Positions 39,242 through 48,656 of a stretch of DNA of 64,000 nucleotides are shown here, piece after piece. The position numbers and the translations under genes were made by a program. The first letter of the stretch is position 1; each line of letters starts with the position of its first letter. Source of the stretch: Nannocystales bacterium (GTDB lineage: Bacteria > Myxococcota_A > Polyangia > Nannocystales > Nannocystaceae); contig JBOEGF010000001.1 of assembly GCA_050633305.1 (NCBI GenBank), positions 172,527-236,526 on the forward strand, written 5' to 3'. A model generated the notes under the pieces. That model was not told the origin of the DNA. It did not search any database and worked only from the letters and a program-made list of their open reading frames with translations.

Positions 39242-39291
39242 GCCGCGGGTTCCGATGGAAACCCGGCCGCAGGGGCTCTACCCTCGCGTGC

Positions 39292-39708
39292 ATGAACTCG
39301 CGCCCTCCGACACTGGGTCTACGACACCTCGCGCTGTGGGTTCACGGCGACGCATTCGACGCGACGCTTCGTTTCTACACCGAGGGGTTGGGTCTGGGCG
39401 TGGACTGGCATCCCGACGCGGACAACATCTACCTGAGCTCCGGTGGGGACAACGTCGCGCTGCACCGGGCGGTCGCCCCCCGCGAGGTCAGCCACAAGGA
39501 CTCGCCCCTGGACCACCTGGGCTTTGCGATGGCCTCCGCCGACGACGTCCGAGCCTGGCACGCGTTCTTGGAGCCGAAAGCGTCGGAGTTGGGCATCGAG
39601 TTGCTCAATGTGCCGAAACTGCACCGTGACGGGGCGACGTCGTTCTACCTGCGGGACCCCGCGGGGCATCAGGTTCAGATGCTGCACGTCCCCTCGATCC
39701 GGCCTTGA
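39292..39708 (+). CDS. VOC/glyoxalase family protein
   Basis: LRHLAL..FYTEGLG, LDHLGF, SFYLRDPAGH; start re-chosen at ATG 39292. Confidence 0.88.
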   Translation: MNSRPPTLGLRHLALWVHGDAFDATLRFYTEGLGLGVDWHPDADNIYLSSGGDNVALHRAVAPREVSHKDSPLDHLGFAMASADDVRAWHAFLEPKASELGIELLNVPKLHRDGATSFYLRDPAGHQVQMLHVPSIRP

Positions 39709-39765
39709 GCGGGACGAAGGTCGTCGGCGACGCGGGCAGTCGCCGCGTACGGGCTTCGGCTCGGC

Positions 39766-40275
39766 CTAGGCGCGGGCGGTAGGACCCGGGACCGGGTCGG
39801 TGACCGCGTGCTGTGTCGCGCCCGGGTTTTCCAGCCAGGACTGGGCCCCCTCGTGGGAGGCGAACGTGTGCAGCGGTGCGCGCAGGTGCTGGGCGATGAC
39901 TTGGGCTGCGGTCCGCAGGATGGATGAGTTCGCGACGAAGGCGATGCGTCGGACGCCGAAGCCTCGGGCCTGGGACAACATGCTCTGCGCGACTTCGGCG
40001 CAGGCAGCCTCGTAGCCGGATACGTTTCGTAGATCGACGAGGACCGAGTCCGGCAGGACCGAACCCGCGACCGCGCCCCGATCCAAGAACGGGGTGAGCG
40101 CCTCCTCGGCCATCGGCCGGGTCACAAAGCCTGCGCCTTCCACGCGAAGCACGCGATCGCGGACCTCGATTGCGAGGCCGGAGGGGAGGTCAGTGAAGTG
40201 TCGTTCGGGCTTCGGCAAGGGGATCGTTCGGGGGGTTCTCAGCGTGTGGGTAGACCGGACCGACTTCGGATCCAT
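39766..40275 (-). CDS. STAS/SpoIIAA-like small protein
   Basis: VLVDLRNV...RRIAFV....F.S..GA.SWL pattern. Confidence 0.6.
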   Translation of the reverse strand: MDPKSVRSTHTLRTPRTIPLPKPERHFTDLPSGLAIEVRDRVLRVEGAGFVTRPMAEEALTPFLDRGAVAGSVLPDSVLVDLRNVSGYEAACAEVAQSMLSQARGFGVRRIAFVANSSILRTAAQVIAQHLRAPLHTFASHEGAQSWLENPGATQHAVTDPVPGPTARA

Positions 40276-40418
40276 TGTGACACGGGCGGGGACACGGTCT
40301 GACAGGGCGGGGCGTCCTCACTCCACATCCCTGGGTCCGTCGGCCCCCACGCTATCGGATTGTGGCCGTATGAATCAACGACGGAGGGCCGAGCGAAGGG
40401 AATCAACGTTCGAGGCGC

Positions 40419-40453
40419 AAAAAAACGGCGGTCCCGGAGCCGGGAGCCGCCGT
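40419..40453 (-). terminator. Intrinsic terminator of the 40480-41307 lipoprotein gene
   Basis: Minus strand ACGGCGGCTCCCGGCTCCGGGACCGCCGT forms a hairpin followed by a T run. Confidence 0.8.
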
Positions 40454-40479
40454 CGTCCGGGGTGGCGCCCCAAGCGGCG

Positions 40480-41307
40480 TCAGCCGCCGGTGCCGCTGTC
40501 GGTGTCGCCGTCGGTGTCCGAGCCGCCGCCGGGGATCGTGCCGCCCTGGTCGGTGTCGATGAGCTCACCGCTGCACATGTCGCCGTTGCAGGTCACGCGG
40601 ATCTGGATGAGCCGGCCGTCGCCCGGGGGATCGAACGTGAAGGCTTCGAGGTCCGTCGTGGACGGGTCGGCGTCGACCTGGACGTTGTCGTAGGAGACGA
40701 CGACGGTGTCGACACGCTCGCCATCGAGATCGCGCTCTTCGTCGGGCACGATGTTGGTCGCCGACTCGAGGTTGGAAACGGTGTACTCGTGCTCGAGCAG
40801 CAGCGAGGACGAACCCTCGGCCGCCTCGACCTTGAACGTGTCGATCGGCACCTGAGCGCTGGGGACGTAGGGCACGCCGTTGGCATCGAGCAGGATGAAC
40901 GTGACCTCGATCTGCGCCGGGGTGGGGGTGAGGGTGACGTCGATGCTTGTCGAAGCGCCGTCGATGACCTCGAGCGACTCGTCGTCGTCCGGCGCGTCGA
41001 GGTTGTCGCGGATGGTGATGTCCTGTCCGTCGATGCCTTCCACGACGAAGTCGTTGTAGTTGCGCGCTTCGATCCCCGACAGCACGATTTCGCCGGCGTC
41101 GTTGCAGATCTCGGTGCGCTCTTCGTCGCCGAACGAGATACGGACCGTGCCGACGCCTTCGCTGGTGCACGAGCTCGCCCCGATACCAAAGCGGTAGTTG
41201 ATGGTCACCGTGCCAGAGCCGGGGTCGTTGTTGCAGCCGGTGGAACCGAGCAACGCTGCAGCGACAGCGAGAGGGGCGAGCGCAGAGAGTTTAGTGATCG
41301 AGGCCAT
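40480..41307 (-). CDS. Hypothetical acidic lipoprotein
   Basis: Signal peptide ending LGSTGC; beta-sandwich-like composition; G/D/T tail. Confidence 0.8.
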   Translation of the reverse strand: MASITKLSALAPLAVAAALLGSTGCNNDPGSGTVTINYRFGIGASSCTSEGVGTVRISFGDEERTEICNDAGEIVLSGIEARNYNDFVVEGIDGQDITIRDNLDAPDDDESLEVIDGASTSIDVTLTPTPAQIEVTFILLDANGVPYVPSAQVPIDTFKVEAAEGSSSLLLEHEYTVSNLESATNIVPDEERDLDGERVDTVVVSYDNVQVDADPSTTDLEAFTFDPPGDGRLIQIRVTCNGDMCSGELIDTDQGGTIPGGGSDTDGDTDSGTGG

Positions 41308-41472
41308 GGTTTCTTCGTCCGCAGATGCCTGAGTGACGCCCGCAAAAATACGAGTCCGCGATGCCAGCGTCGAGAGGTTCAGGCCACTTCAGACGTGCGC
41401 CCACCCCGGAGTGTTCAAGTCGATTTCTTGGCTGAAGGTCGGACGTGTGCCTACATCTTTCGGGAGGACGCC

Positions 41473-42597
41473 ATGAAACCGCTTCATGCCATCGCTACGC
41501 TCGCCCTGGTCGTCGGCCTTTGGGTGCCGCCAGCCTCGGCTTCCAAGCAGGAGGCGGATGTACAGCACCAGCCGCCCACTGCCGCTGAACTCGAGGCCGC
41601 GCCGCTGTCCCTACGCGGTACCCGGGGCGCTCCGCATCCCGATTGCACCAATGGTGTGCCGCAATGGCTCCATGAGGTGCAGCCCGGGGAGCATCTGGGG
41701 CTGATCGCCGGGCGTTATGGCGTTCGACGGGCCGAGCTCGTCGAACTCAACGGCATTGAGAACCCCAACCTGATTCGGGCCGGGCAGTCGCTCGCCGTTT
41801 GCCCGGAGATCGCTCCGCGACAGCAAAAGCTCGTCGAACATGTGGTCGCGCCGGGGGAGACGATGACCGAGATCGCAGCGCGTTACTCGATGAGCGTCTC
41901 CGAACTGCTCGAGCGGAGCGGCACCGAGTTGTCCAACCTCAACCACGTCCGGGTCGGTCAGTCGTTCTCGTTCCTGGTGGATGACGGCATCGTCGAGGCG
42001 TTCAAGCCTCCTCTGCCGAAGAAGAAGGTCGCCAGGAAGAAACGCGGTGGCAAGGGCAAGCACAAGCGCGCCAAGGTCTCCGTGCAACTGCTCGGCGGCA
42101 AGCACATGCACATCAAGCGTCCGCGTTTGGCCTACGGGACCGCGAAGACCGTGGGGCTCATCGAGCGTGCAGTCGGGCAGTACAAGCGCAAGCACGCCAA
42201 GGGTCCCAAGGTGCTCATCGGCAACCTGTCGAGAGAGGGCGGAGGGAAGCTCGAGCCGCACCTCTCGCACCGGCACGGCGTAGACATCGACGTCGGCTAC
42301 GTGCTCAAGGGGGAGACGCTCTCGACCACGCGCTTTCGCGGAGTCAACCAGAAGACGCTCGATCCCAAGCGCACATGGGCGCTGGTGAAGGCGTTCCTCG
42401 ATACGGACGAGGTTCGCTACATCTTCATGGACTACGGGTTGCAGAAGACGCTCTACGAGCACGCGAAGTCGGCGGGAGCGTCACAGGACGAGCTCGATGA
42501 ACTCTTCCAGTACCCCCATGGGCGGGGCCGCTCTCACGGCATCATCCGTCACTGGCGCAGCCACAGAAACCACTTCCACGTTCGCTTCGAGAAGTGA
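41473..42597 (+). CDS. LysM + penicillin-insensitive murein endopeptidase (MepA-like, M74)
   Basis: GGAGG RBS and signal peptide; two LysM domains; GG..EPHLSHRHGVDID and HRNHFHVRF zinc motifs. Confidence 0.88.
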   Translation: MKPLHAIATLALVVGLWVPPASASKQEADVQHQPPTAAELEAAPLSLRGTRGAPHPDCTNGVPQWLHEVQPGEHLGLIAGRYGVRRAELVELNGIENPNLIRAGQSLAVCPEIAPRQQKLVEHVVAPGETMTEIAARYSMSVSELLERSGTELSNLNHVRVGQSFSFLVDDGIVEAFKPPLPKKKVARKKRGGKGKHKRAKVSVQLLGGKHMHIKRPRLAYGTAKTVGLIERAVGQYKRKHAKGPKVLIGNLSREGGGKLEPHLSHRHGVDIDVGYVLKGETLSTTRFRGVNQKTLDPKRTWALVKAFLDTDEVRYIFMDYGLQKTLYEHAKSAGASQDELDELFQYPHGRGRSHGIIRHWRSHRNHFHVRFEK

Positions 42598-42614
42598 ACC
42601 CCGGCGGATGGCGC

Positions 42615-43010
42615 TCAGTCGTCGAGCTCGAGAATGAGCCGGCGGGTGCCATCTGCGTCGGCCGCCGCTTCGTGGATTCGCATGCCCTGCCCGGCGACCG
42701 CGCGCTCGACGGCCTCGACTGCGGTTGTTTGGCGCAACTTCGGCACCAACGCGGTCTCCAGCTGAGCCTGATCGAGTTCGCCGCAGACCAATCGAAGCAC
42801 GCCGTCGTCGACCACGAAGCCGAAGTCTTCGACCGTGTCACAGACCCCGGCTTCGAGTCGGATATCGACGGGATCTCCGGTGCACTCGAGGCTTCCCTCC
42901 AGGCGTACGCGGCGTCGCGGGCGTACGTAGGGCAGATTCAGCGTGGACAGGGCAGCCTCCACGGCGTCGAGCGAGGTCGCTCGAAGCTCGATGTGGACGT
43001 ATCGACTCAT
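42615..43010 (-). CDS. DUF1257 (Ycf35)-like protein
   Basis: MSRYVHIEL..SLDAVEAAL..L, DFGF...G, ending G..I.E....DGT.RLIL; start re-chosen at ATG 43010 (ATGA overlap). Confidence 0.65.
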   Translation of the reverse strand: MSRYVHIELRATSLDAVEAALSTLNLPYVRPRRRVRLEGSLECTGDPVDIRLEAGVCDTVEDFGFVVDDGVLRLVCGELDQAQLETALVPKLRQTTAVEAVERAVAGQGMRIHEAAADADGTRRLILELDD

Positions 43011-43273
43011 TTCGCCGCAGATGTCTTGGGTGGGGGATCGCGGTGGGGGTCCGCTTCCGCGCACAACGGGCACGCGGGGATGTCGCGGCGCAGTGCCAGG
43101 AACCACCCGCAGCGTCGACAGGGTCGGGCCTCGACCGCAGCCGTCGCCGCCGTTGCGGCCGCAGGATCGACCTCTATGCCATAGTGTTCGAACAGATCGG
43201 CGGTTCGGCCGGGCCCAGGCGCGTGATCGCCCGTTCCTCCCAACTCGCCGAATCGGTCCTTGCGGGACACCAT
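43007..43273 (-). CDS. Small zinc-finger protein
   Basis: CRRC...CPLC; stop overlaps the start of the DUF1257-like gene. Confidence 0.6.
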   Translation of the reverse strand: MVSRKDRFGELGGTGDHAPGPGRTADLFEHYGIEVDPAAATAATAAVEARPCRRCGWFLALRRDIPACPLCAEADPHRDPPPKTSAAK

Positions 43274-43368
43274 GACGAGCTGACCATACGCCAGGCTTGC
43301 CTCCGGCAGCGGTCTTCGGCGAAACTTTGTGTCGCGAAAGGTAGCTGGCCCTAGCCGGCTCGATCCGC

Positions 43369-43779
43369 GTGACGGACGACTCCACGAACAAGAATCGACG
43401 CAGAGCGCAACGCGTGCCCCTGAGCGTCGCCTTTTCCGAAGCGGACCCGCGCACGACGACGCCGGTCAGCGATCTCTCTCAAACCGGCGTGCTCGTCCAC
43501 ACCGATGAGCAGCTGCCCATCGGCTCGGTCATCGACATTCGCTTCACCGTGTTCCCTGAGGAGCCCGTGTTGTTCGAGGGCAAGGGGACGGTCGTGCGTC
43601 ACACCGACGAGCCCCGGGGCATGGGCGTCGAGTTCGTCGACCTCAGCCATGGTGCGCGAGAGGTGCTGCGCGAGATTCAGATCCGGCATGAAGCGCAGAA
43701 GGGCCGCAACGCCCTGACGCGCTCCCATCCGGGGCTGCGCACGCACGGCCTCGTGGCCAAGCTCGTCGAAGAAGCCTGA
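43369..43779 (+). CDS. Stand-alone PilZ-domain protein
   Basis: RRAQR and DLSQTG motifs, G.VVRH..GMGVEF. Confidence 0.9.
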   Translation: MTDDSTNKNRRRAQRVPLSVAFSEADPRTTTPVSDLSQTGVLVHTDEQLPIGSVIDIRFTVFPEEPVLFEGKGTVVRHTDEPRGMGVEFVDLSHGAREVLREIQIRHEAQKGRNALTRSHPGLRTHGLVAKLVEEA

Positions 43780-43912
43780 TCGGCGTCGTCGCGGCGCAGG
43801 GCGGTGCTCTGGCCCGCACACAGACGGTGCCGGGTGCGCAAACACGCGGCGTCGCGTCGCGCGGGCCGGGTGTCTTGGTCGCCCTGAGGGCGGGGGGCTG
43901 GACCCGGGGCCG

Positions 43913-45415
43913 CTAGGCCTCGGGTAGGTTGCGCACCGCGTGGTCGATGAGCGCGACTCCGAATCCGGTGCCGCGTCCTTTGAGGAACGAGGGGCCGGCG
44001 AGGTCGATGTGGCACCAGCGGCGCTTCTTGGCCCCTGGGGCGTCCTCGATGTGCCCGTAGAGGAACTGCGCGGCGGCGGAGGTCTGCGCGTTCATCCGGT
44101 TCGCGACCGAGTTCTTCATGTCCGCGATCTTGCTGCTGAACTCCTGCTGCAGCAGCTCGGGGGCGAAGAGCAGCGGGTGCACGAGGTCCCCCGTGATCTT
44201 GCCCGCGCGGACCATCGAGCACTCCATGTCGGCATCGTTGGTGACGATGGCGGCGTGGACCATGCCGGTCGAGATGAGCTGCGCTCCGGTCAGGGTTGCC
44301 GCGTCGAAGACCACATCGGCCTGGAGCTCGCGTGCAGCCCAGCTGAGGCCGTCCATCAGCAACAGTCGGCCCTCGGCGTCGGTATTGTTGATCTCGACGG
44401 TCTTGCCCGAGTGCGCGACGAGCACGTCATCGGGCTTGTAGCTGCGCTCGTCGACCGCGTTCTCGGCGATGCACATGATGAGCGACAGACGCCCCGCGTA
44501 GCCGGATTGGGTGAGCACTCGGAACGCGCCGAGGACCGCTGCTGAGCCACCCATGTCGCCCTTCATGCCTTCGATGCCGCCGCGTGGTTTGAGATGCAAC
44601 CCGCCCGTATCGAAGGTCACACCCTTGCCGACGAGCGCGACGTGGGTGCCCTCGGCTTTGGGGTTCCACTCCGCGACGATCATGCGGGGCTCGGTGCTCG
44701 CACCCCGTCCAACCGCGTGGATGCCTCCGAGGCCGTTCTCCAGGAGCTTTGCCCCCTTGATCTCGGTGACCTTGACCCCCGAGATCTCCTTGAGCATCTC
44801 CTTGATTCGCACCGCATAGGTGCTGGGGTTGAGGTCGGATGGGGGCGTGTCGACAAGCTCGGCGCTGTCACGCGCACACTCCACGGTGGTCTTGACGTTG
44901 TCCTCGACGACGAGCTCGTCCCCCGCGGAGGTGATCGCCGCCACCTGGACCTTGGCGCGGCTCGGCTTGGCTTTGCGGCTGAACTGGGGCAGGGCTCGGC
45001 CCACAGCGTTCGCGGCCGCCAGGAGGTGTGCTGCGTCGTCGAGCACCAGCAACACCCCGACCTTGCCGCTGCTGCCAAGCGCGACTTGGCTCACGACGTG
45101 CCGAATGCTGTCGGCGCGGGAAGGGCTGTTGTAGCGGGAGAGGGTGTCGGGCAGCACGCCGACCGTCAGCCGCGTCGGACCGTCGGATTTGGAACCCGGG
45201 GCTTTGAACAGGCTGGATGCGGTGGCACCACGGCGGCCCGGAGACGCCTCGCCGGCGAGGGCTCCGGCATAGTCTGCCATGCGCTTGCCCAACGCCTTGG
45301 CCAGCACGGCCTTGGAGGCCTTGCGCTTGAAGGTGCTTGCGGGCGCGACGATCACGAGGTGCTTGAGCCCGCGCCCCAGGGCGCGAACGTTGGCTGCATA
45401 CGAGATAGGGAGCAC
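43913..45415 (-). CDS. M17 leucyl aminopeptidase family protein (NPEPL1-like)
   Basis: VGKGVTFDTGG, MKGDMGG, NTDAEGRL metal-binding motifs; start re-chosen at GTG 45415. Confidence 0.9.
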   Translation of the reverse strand: MLPISYAANVRALGRGLKHLVIVAPASTFKRKASKAVLAKALGKRMADYAGALAGEASPGRRGATASSLFKAPGSKSDGPTRLTVGVLPDTLSRYNSPSRADSIRHVVSQVALGSSGKVGVLLVLDDAAHLLAAANAVGRALPQFSRKAKPSRAKVQVAAITSAGDELVVEDNVKTTVECARDSAELVDTPPSDLNPSTYAVRIKEMLKEISGVKVTEIKGAKLLENGLGGIHAVGRGASTEPRMIVAEWNPKAEGTHVALVGKGVTFDTGGLHLKPRGGIEGMKGDMGGSAAVLGAFRVLTQSGYAGRLSLIMCIAENAVDERSYKPDDVLVAHSGKTVEINNTDAEGRLLLMDGLSWAARELQADVVFDAATLTGAQLISTGMVHAAIVTNDADMECSMVRAGKITGDLVHPLLFAPELLQQEFSSKIADMKNSVANRMNAQTSAAAQFLYGHIEDAPGAKKRRWCHIDLAGPSFLKGRGTGFGVALIDHAVRNLPEA

Positions 45416-45447
45416 GCGGGGAGTATGCCCCAACCTGCCCCGGGAGG

Positions 45448-46917
45448 TCACATCGCGGCGGGACGGGTTCGGTGAACCGCCCACGCGCGCAGTGCCTGGA
45501 TCGACTCGGCCCGCGTGACACTCAGCGGTACGGTGTCACCGACGGCTTGGCGGAGATCGTTCGGGCTCAGCGGTCGTCCGGCCGCGAAGGCATGCAGTCG
45601 GGCTTCCGTGACCGCCGCCTGGAGTTCGGCGCCGGAGAACCCTTCCGCAGCGGCGGCGATCGACGCGAAGGCCGGCCACGACTCAGTCATCGGTGGAACA
45701 AGGCCCAGACGCCGTCGCGGCTCGTCCTCGAGGTGGATTCGCAAGATGTCCTCGCGGGCGCAGGGCCCGGGCAGGTCGAAGAAGAAGATCTCGTCGAGCC
45801 GGCCCCGACGCAGCAGCTCTGGGGGCAGCCCCTGCACGTCGTTGGCGGTGGCGACCACGAAGACGGGGCGGGCGCGCTCAGCCAGCCACGTCAACAGCCC
45901 TCCCATCACCCGGGCGGAGGTGCCGGCATCGGAGCGCCCGGTCCCTCCTGCGAACCCCTTGTCGATCTCGTCGACCCATAGAACCACGGGGGCCATTGCG
46001 TCGAGCGAGGTGAGGACCTGCCGAAGGTTGGCTTCGCTTCGACCGACGGTTCCGCCAAACAGGCGCCCCGGATCGAGTCGCAGCAGAGGCAGGCCAAGCG
46101 TGTCGGCGCAGCTCCGCGCGGCGAGGCTCTTGCCGCAGCCTTGGACACCCAGCAGCAAGACGCCGCGGGGCGGAAGAATCCCGGATGCCTCGGCCTCGGG
46201 CAGCAGGGCCAGAGCGCGCGTCTTCATCCACGCCTTGAAGGCCCCGTATCCGCCCAGCGTGTCGGTGGACACCACCTGTGCGGGCTCGAGCAAGCCTTCG
46301 GTGGGGATCAGTGCGGGCTTGTGCCGGGTGATGAACTCGACCAGGCGCACCGGGTCGATGCCTTCGGCGAGGACGGCTTCGGCCACGAGTCGTTCCGCGC
46401 TGGGCATGCCCAATCCGAGCAGGGCGCGTGCGATCGCAGGGCCGTGGTCCTCGAACATATCGTGGGCCCCGGGGATCCGGTCCTCCAAGGCCTGACCGAT
46501 CTCGGCGAGGGTGGCCTCGAACGTATCGCGATCGGGGGTTGGCAGGGTGAGCTGCCAGGCCTCGGGCGGGACGGCCCATGAGGTGGAGTCGGCGGGCTCG
46601 ACGACGATCCACGTCGGGCCTTGATGCTTCGAGGCCGCCTCTCGTAGCGCGCGTGCGACGAGCGGGTCGGCGAGCGCGGGGGCGGGGTCGAGCAGGGCCC
46701 AGAGGCCAGTCGCCGCCGCCTGAAGTACCGATGCGAGTGCGCGGGGTGAGCCCTCGGCGTCGACTCCCGAGGCGAGACTCCACGTATGCAGGGGTTGGCC
46801 GGATCGGGCGGCAACGTCCTCGAGCAGCTCGACCGCGCGGTGTTCCTCGCTGGTCTGCAGGACGATGAGACGAGTCCCAGCTTCGATCGCCCGGACGAGC
46901 TCGGCGGCGCGGATCAT
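45448..46917 (-). CDS. Ycf46-like AAA+ ATPase
   Basis: N-terminal I.LQT.EE.R and TWSL..G; PRGVLLLGVQGCGKS (Walker A), VLWVDEIDK (Walker B), ATAN..LPPELLRRGRLDEIFF.DLP, GFSGAE. Confidence 0.9.
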   Translation of the reverse strand: MIRAAELVRAIEAGTRLIVLQTSEEHRAVELLEDVAARSGQPLHTWSLASGVDAEGSPRALASVLQAAATGLWALLDPAPALADPLVARALREAASKHQGPTWIVVEPADSTSWAVPPEAWQLTLPTPDRDTFEATLAEIGQALEDRIPGAHDMFEDHGPAIARALLGLGMPSAERLVAEAVLAEGIDPVRLVEFITRHKPALIPTEGLLEPAQVVSTDTLGGYGAFKAWMKTRALALLPEAEASGILPPRGVLLLGVQGCGKSLAARSCADTLGLPLLRLDPGRLFGGTVGRSEANLRQVLTSLDAMAPVVLWVDEIDKGFAGGTGRSDAGTSARVMGGLLTWLAERARPVFVVATANDVQGLPPELLRRGRLDEIFFFDLPGPCAREDILRIHLEDEPRRRLGLVPPMTESWPAFASIAAAAEGFSGAELQAAVTEARLHAFAAGRPLSPNDLRQAVGDTVPLSVTRAESIQALRAWAVHRTRPAAM

Positions 46918-47555
46918 CGCGCAGCGCTAACGGTCTGGGTCTGGGTGGCCGCCCAGGAAAGCCAGCCGCTCACGAGGTGAGCCTGGACCGGCGCCTTGAA
47001 TGCGCCATCGGACTCGAAACTCCAGCCGTTGAGCCACAGGCGGGTGCCCTTGAGGCGCGCCAGTTTGGCGTGCAGCCAGGTGACGTCATTGGCGATCGCG
47101 GCCGCACGACCCGCCAGTGTTCCGCGTCCGCCGAAGAGTGCGATGCGGTAGTGCAGCTTGCCGCCCACGCGCAGGGGCTCGAAGCTCTCGCCGAACACGG
47201 CGTGAGCGCGGTCGAGGAGGTCCTCGAATCCGCGGGAGCGGGAGCGGCGGAAGTCGAGCGCGAGCAGGACGGGCGCGTCCGCCTCGCCCGGACGTGAACG
47301 CACCACGCCGTGCGCGAAGGCTTGGTACAGCCCCTCAACCACGCCTGGGATACCCGGCTGCATGCGGCGAAGGGCGTCGACCGAAGCTGCGGAGCGCTGG
47401 GCCGACAGCGAGTGTGCGACCCGTTTGATCCAACCGGGGACGAGACCGGTGAGCTCGACCATGCGGGCGCATGCGTGGGCATCGAGGGGCTCTCGAGCCG
47501 CGCGCGCGAGCAGGCCTTCGAGGGACTGAAGAGCTTCGGCACGGGGGTCGGTCAT
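46914..47555 (-). CDS. Hypothetical protein
   Basis: Start re-chosen at MTDPRAEAL; ATGA overlaps at both ends (smpB upstream, AAA+ downstream). Confidence 0.7.
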   Translation of the reverse strand: MTDPRAEALQSLEGLLARAAREPLDAHACARMVELTGLVPGWIKRVAHSLSAQRSAASVDALRRMQPGIPGVVEGLYQAFAHGVVRSRPGEADAPVLLALDFRRSRSRGFEDLLDRAHAVFGESFEPLRVGGKLHYRIALFGGRGTLAGRAAAIANDVTWLHAKLARLKGTRLWLNGWSFESDGAFKAPVQAHLVSGWLSWAATQTQTVSAAR

Positions 47556-48040
47556 CGGCTGCGATCTCGAATGGCGCGCGCGACCTCCCGCTTGGTGTCG
47601 CGCTCCTTGATGGTCGCTCGTTTGTCGTGCATTTGCTTGCCTCGACAAAGGCCCAATTCGACTTTCACGTAGCTCCCCTTGAGGTACACCGCGAGTGGGA
47701 TCAGCGTGAGTCCGCCGGGACCGACCTCGCGCTCGAGCTTGTCGAGTTCGCGGCGGTGCATCAGCAGCTTTCTGCGCCGAAGCGGCTCGTGGTTGCGCTT
47801 GTGCGCCTGCACGTACTCGGAGATATGGGCACGGTTGAGCCAGAGCTCATGCTGATCGAAGGACGCGAAGGCCTCGCCGAGGCTGATCTTGCCGTCCTTG
47901 ACCGCCTTGACCTCGGAGCCGACGAGCGCAAGCGCCGCCTCGAACCGCTCGAGCACCTCGTACTCGTGCAGGGCCTTGCGGTTCTGTGCGAGCACGGTGC
48001 CCGCCGCCGCCAAGCTCTTCTTCTTGTTCTTCTTGGCCAC
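47552..48040 (-). CDS. smpB: SsrA-binding protein
   Basis: NRKALHEY, L.GSEVK, R.RKLLMHRRE, GLTLIP..Y.K, GK.MHDKR; start re-chosen at GTG 48040. Confidence 0.96.
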   Translation of the reverse strand: MAKKNKKKSLAAAGTVLAQNRKALHEYEVLERFEAALALVGSEVKAVKDGKISLGEAFASFDQHELWLNRAHISEYVQAHKRNHEPLRRRKLLMHRRELDKLEREVGPGGLTLIPLAVYLKGSYVKVELGLCRGKQMHDKRATIKERDTKREVARAIRDRSR

Positions 48041-48053
48041 CGGGCCGCTCAAG

Positions 48054-48656
48054 CTACGCGACGGCTTGGAGGAGAGCAAGGAAGGACACCTCCGCTCCGG
48101 CGTCCCGAAGCGGCTGAGCGGCGGCCTGAAGCGTCGCCCCGGTGGTCACCACATCATCGAACAGCAGCACGCGGCGACCGCGAAGCTCGGACTTCCTTTG
48201 GGGCCGAACGGTGAAGGCGCGCTCGACGTTTTGCCGACGAAGGGGCGCGGGAAGCCCGACCTGTGGGGCCGTGTCTCGTGACCGCTCCAGGACCGAGACG
48301 GGGCGGGGTAGGCCGGCCTCGCGCAGTGCCTCGCGGAGCAGCAGTTCGCTCTGATTGAAACCGCGGAACCGCTGACGGCTGCGATGCAACGGCACGGCGA
48401 TGGCGAGGTCGAACGAAGCTCGGCCAACGTGCGGCCCGAGGACCCGGCCCAGCGGACCCGCCCGCGCGAGATCCCGCTCGTACTTGAGCGCGGAGAGGGC
48501 GCGCCGCATCGGGCCCTCGTGACTAAAGACGCCGACCGAGGAGGCCGGACTCGGGACGAGCTCGGCGCTGCACCGGCTGCACATGCCCTTGGCCGCGTCG
48601 TCGCGGAGGAGCCGTCGACAACCGACGCACGCGGGGGGAACGAGCCAGGTCAGCAT
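48054..48656 (-). CDS. comF: ComF-family phosphoribosyltransferase-like protein
   Basis: CVGC..CSRC, LKY, VPLH..R..RGFNQSE, R..NV..AF, LLFDDVVTTGAT. Confidence 0.88.
   Translation of the reverse strand: MLTWLVPPACVGCRRLLRDDAAKGMCSRCSAELVPSPASSVGVFSHEGPMRRALSALKYERDLARAGPLGRVLGPHVGRASFDLAIAVPLHRSRQRFRGFNQSELLLREALREAGLPRPVSVLERSRDTAPQVGLPAPLRRQNVERAFTVRPQRKSELRGRRVLLFDDVVTTGATLQAAAQPLRDAGAEVSFLALLQAVA

Noticed and set aside
40360..41472. N-terminal extension of the 745-aa LysM-MepA ORF
   Set aside because: Antisense to a lipoprotein gene; a clear GGAGG RBS, ATG and signal peptide occur at 41473.
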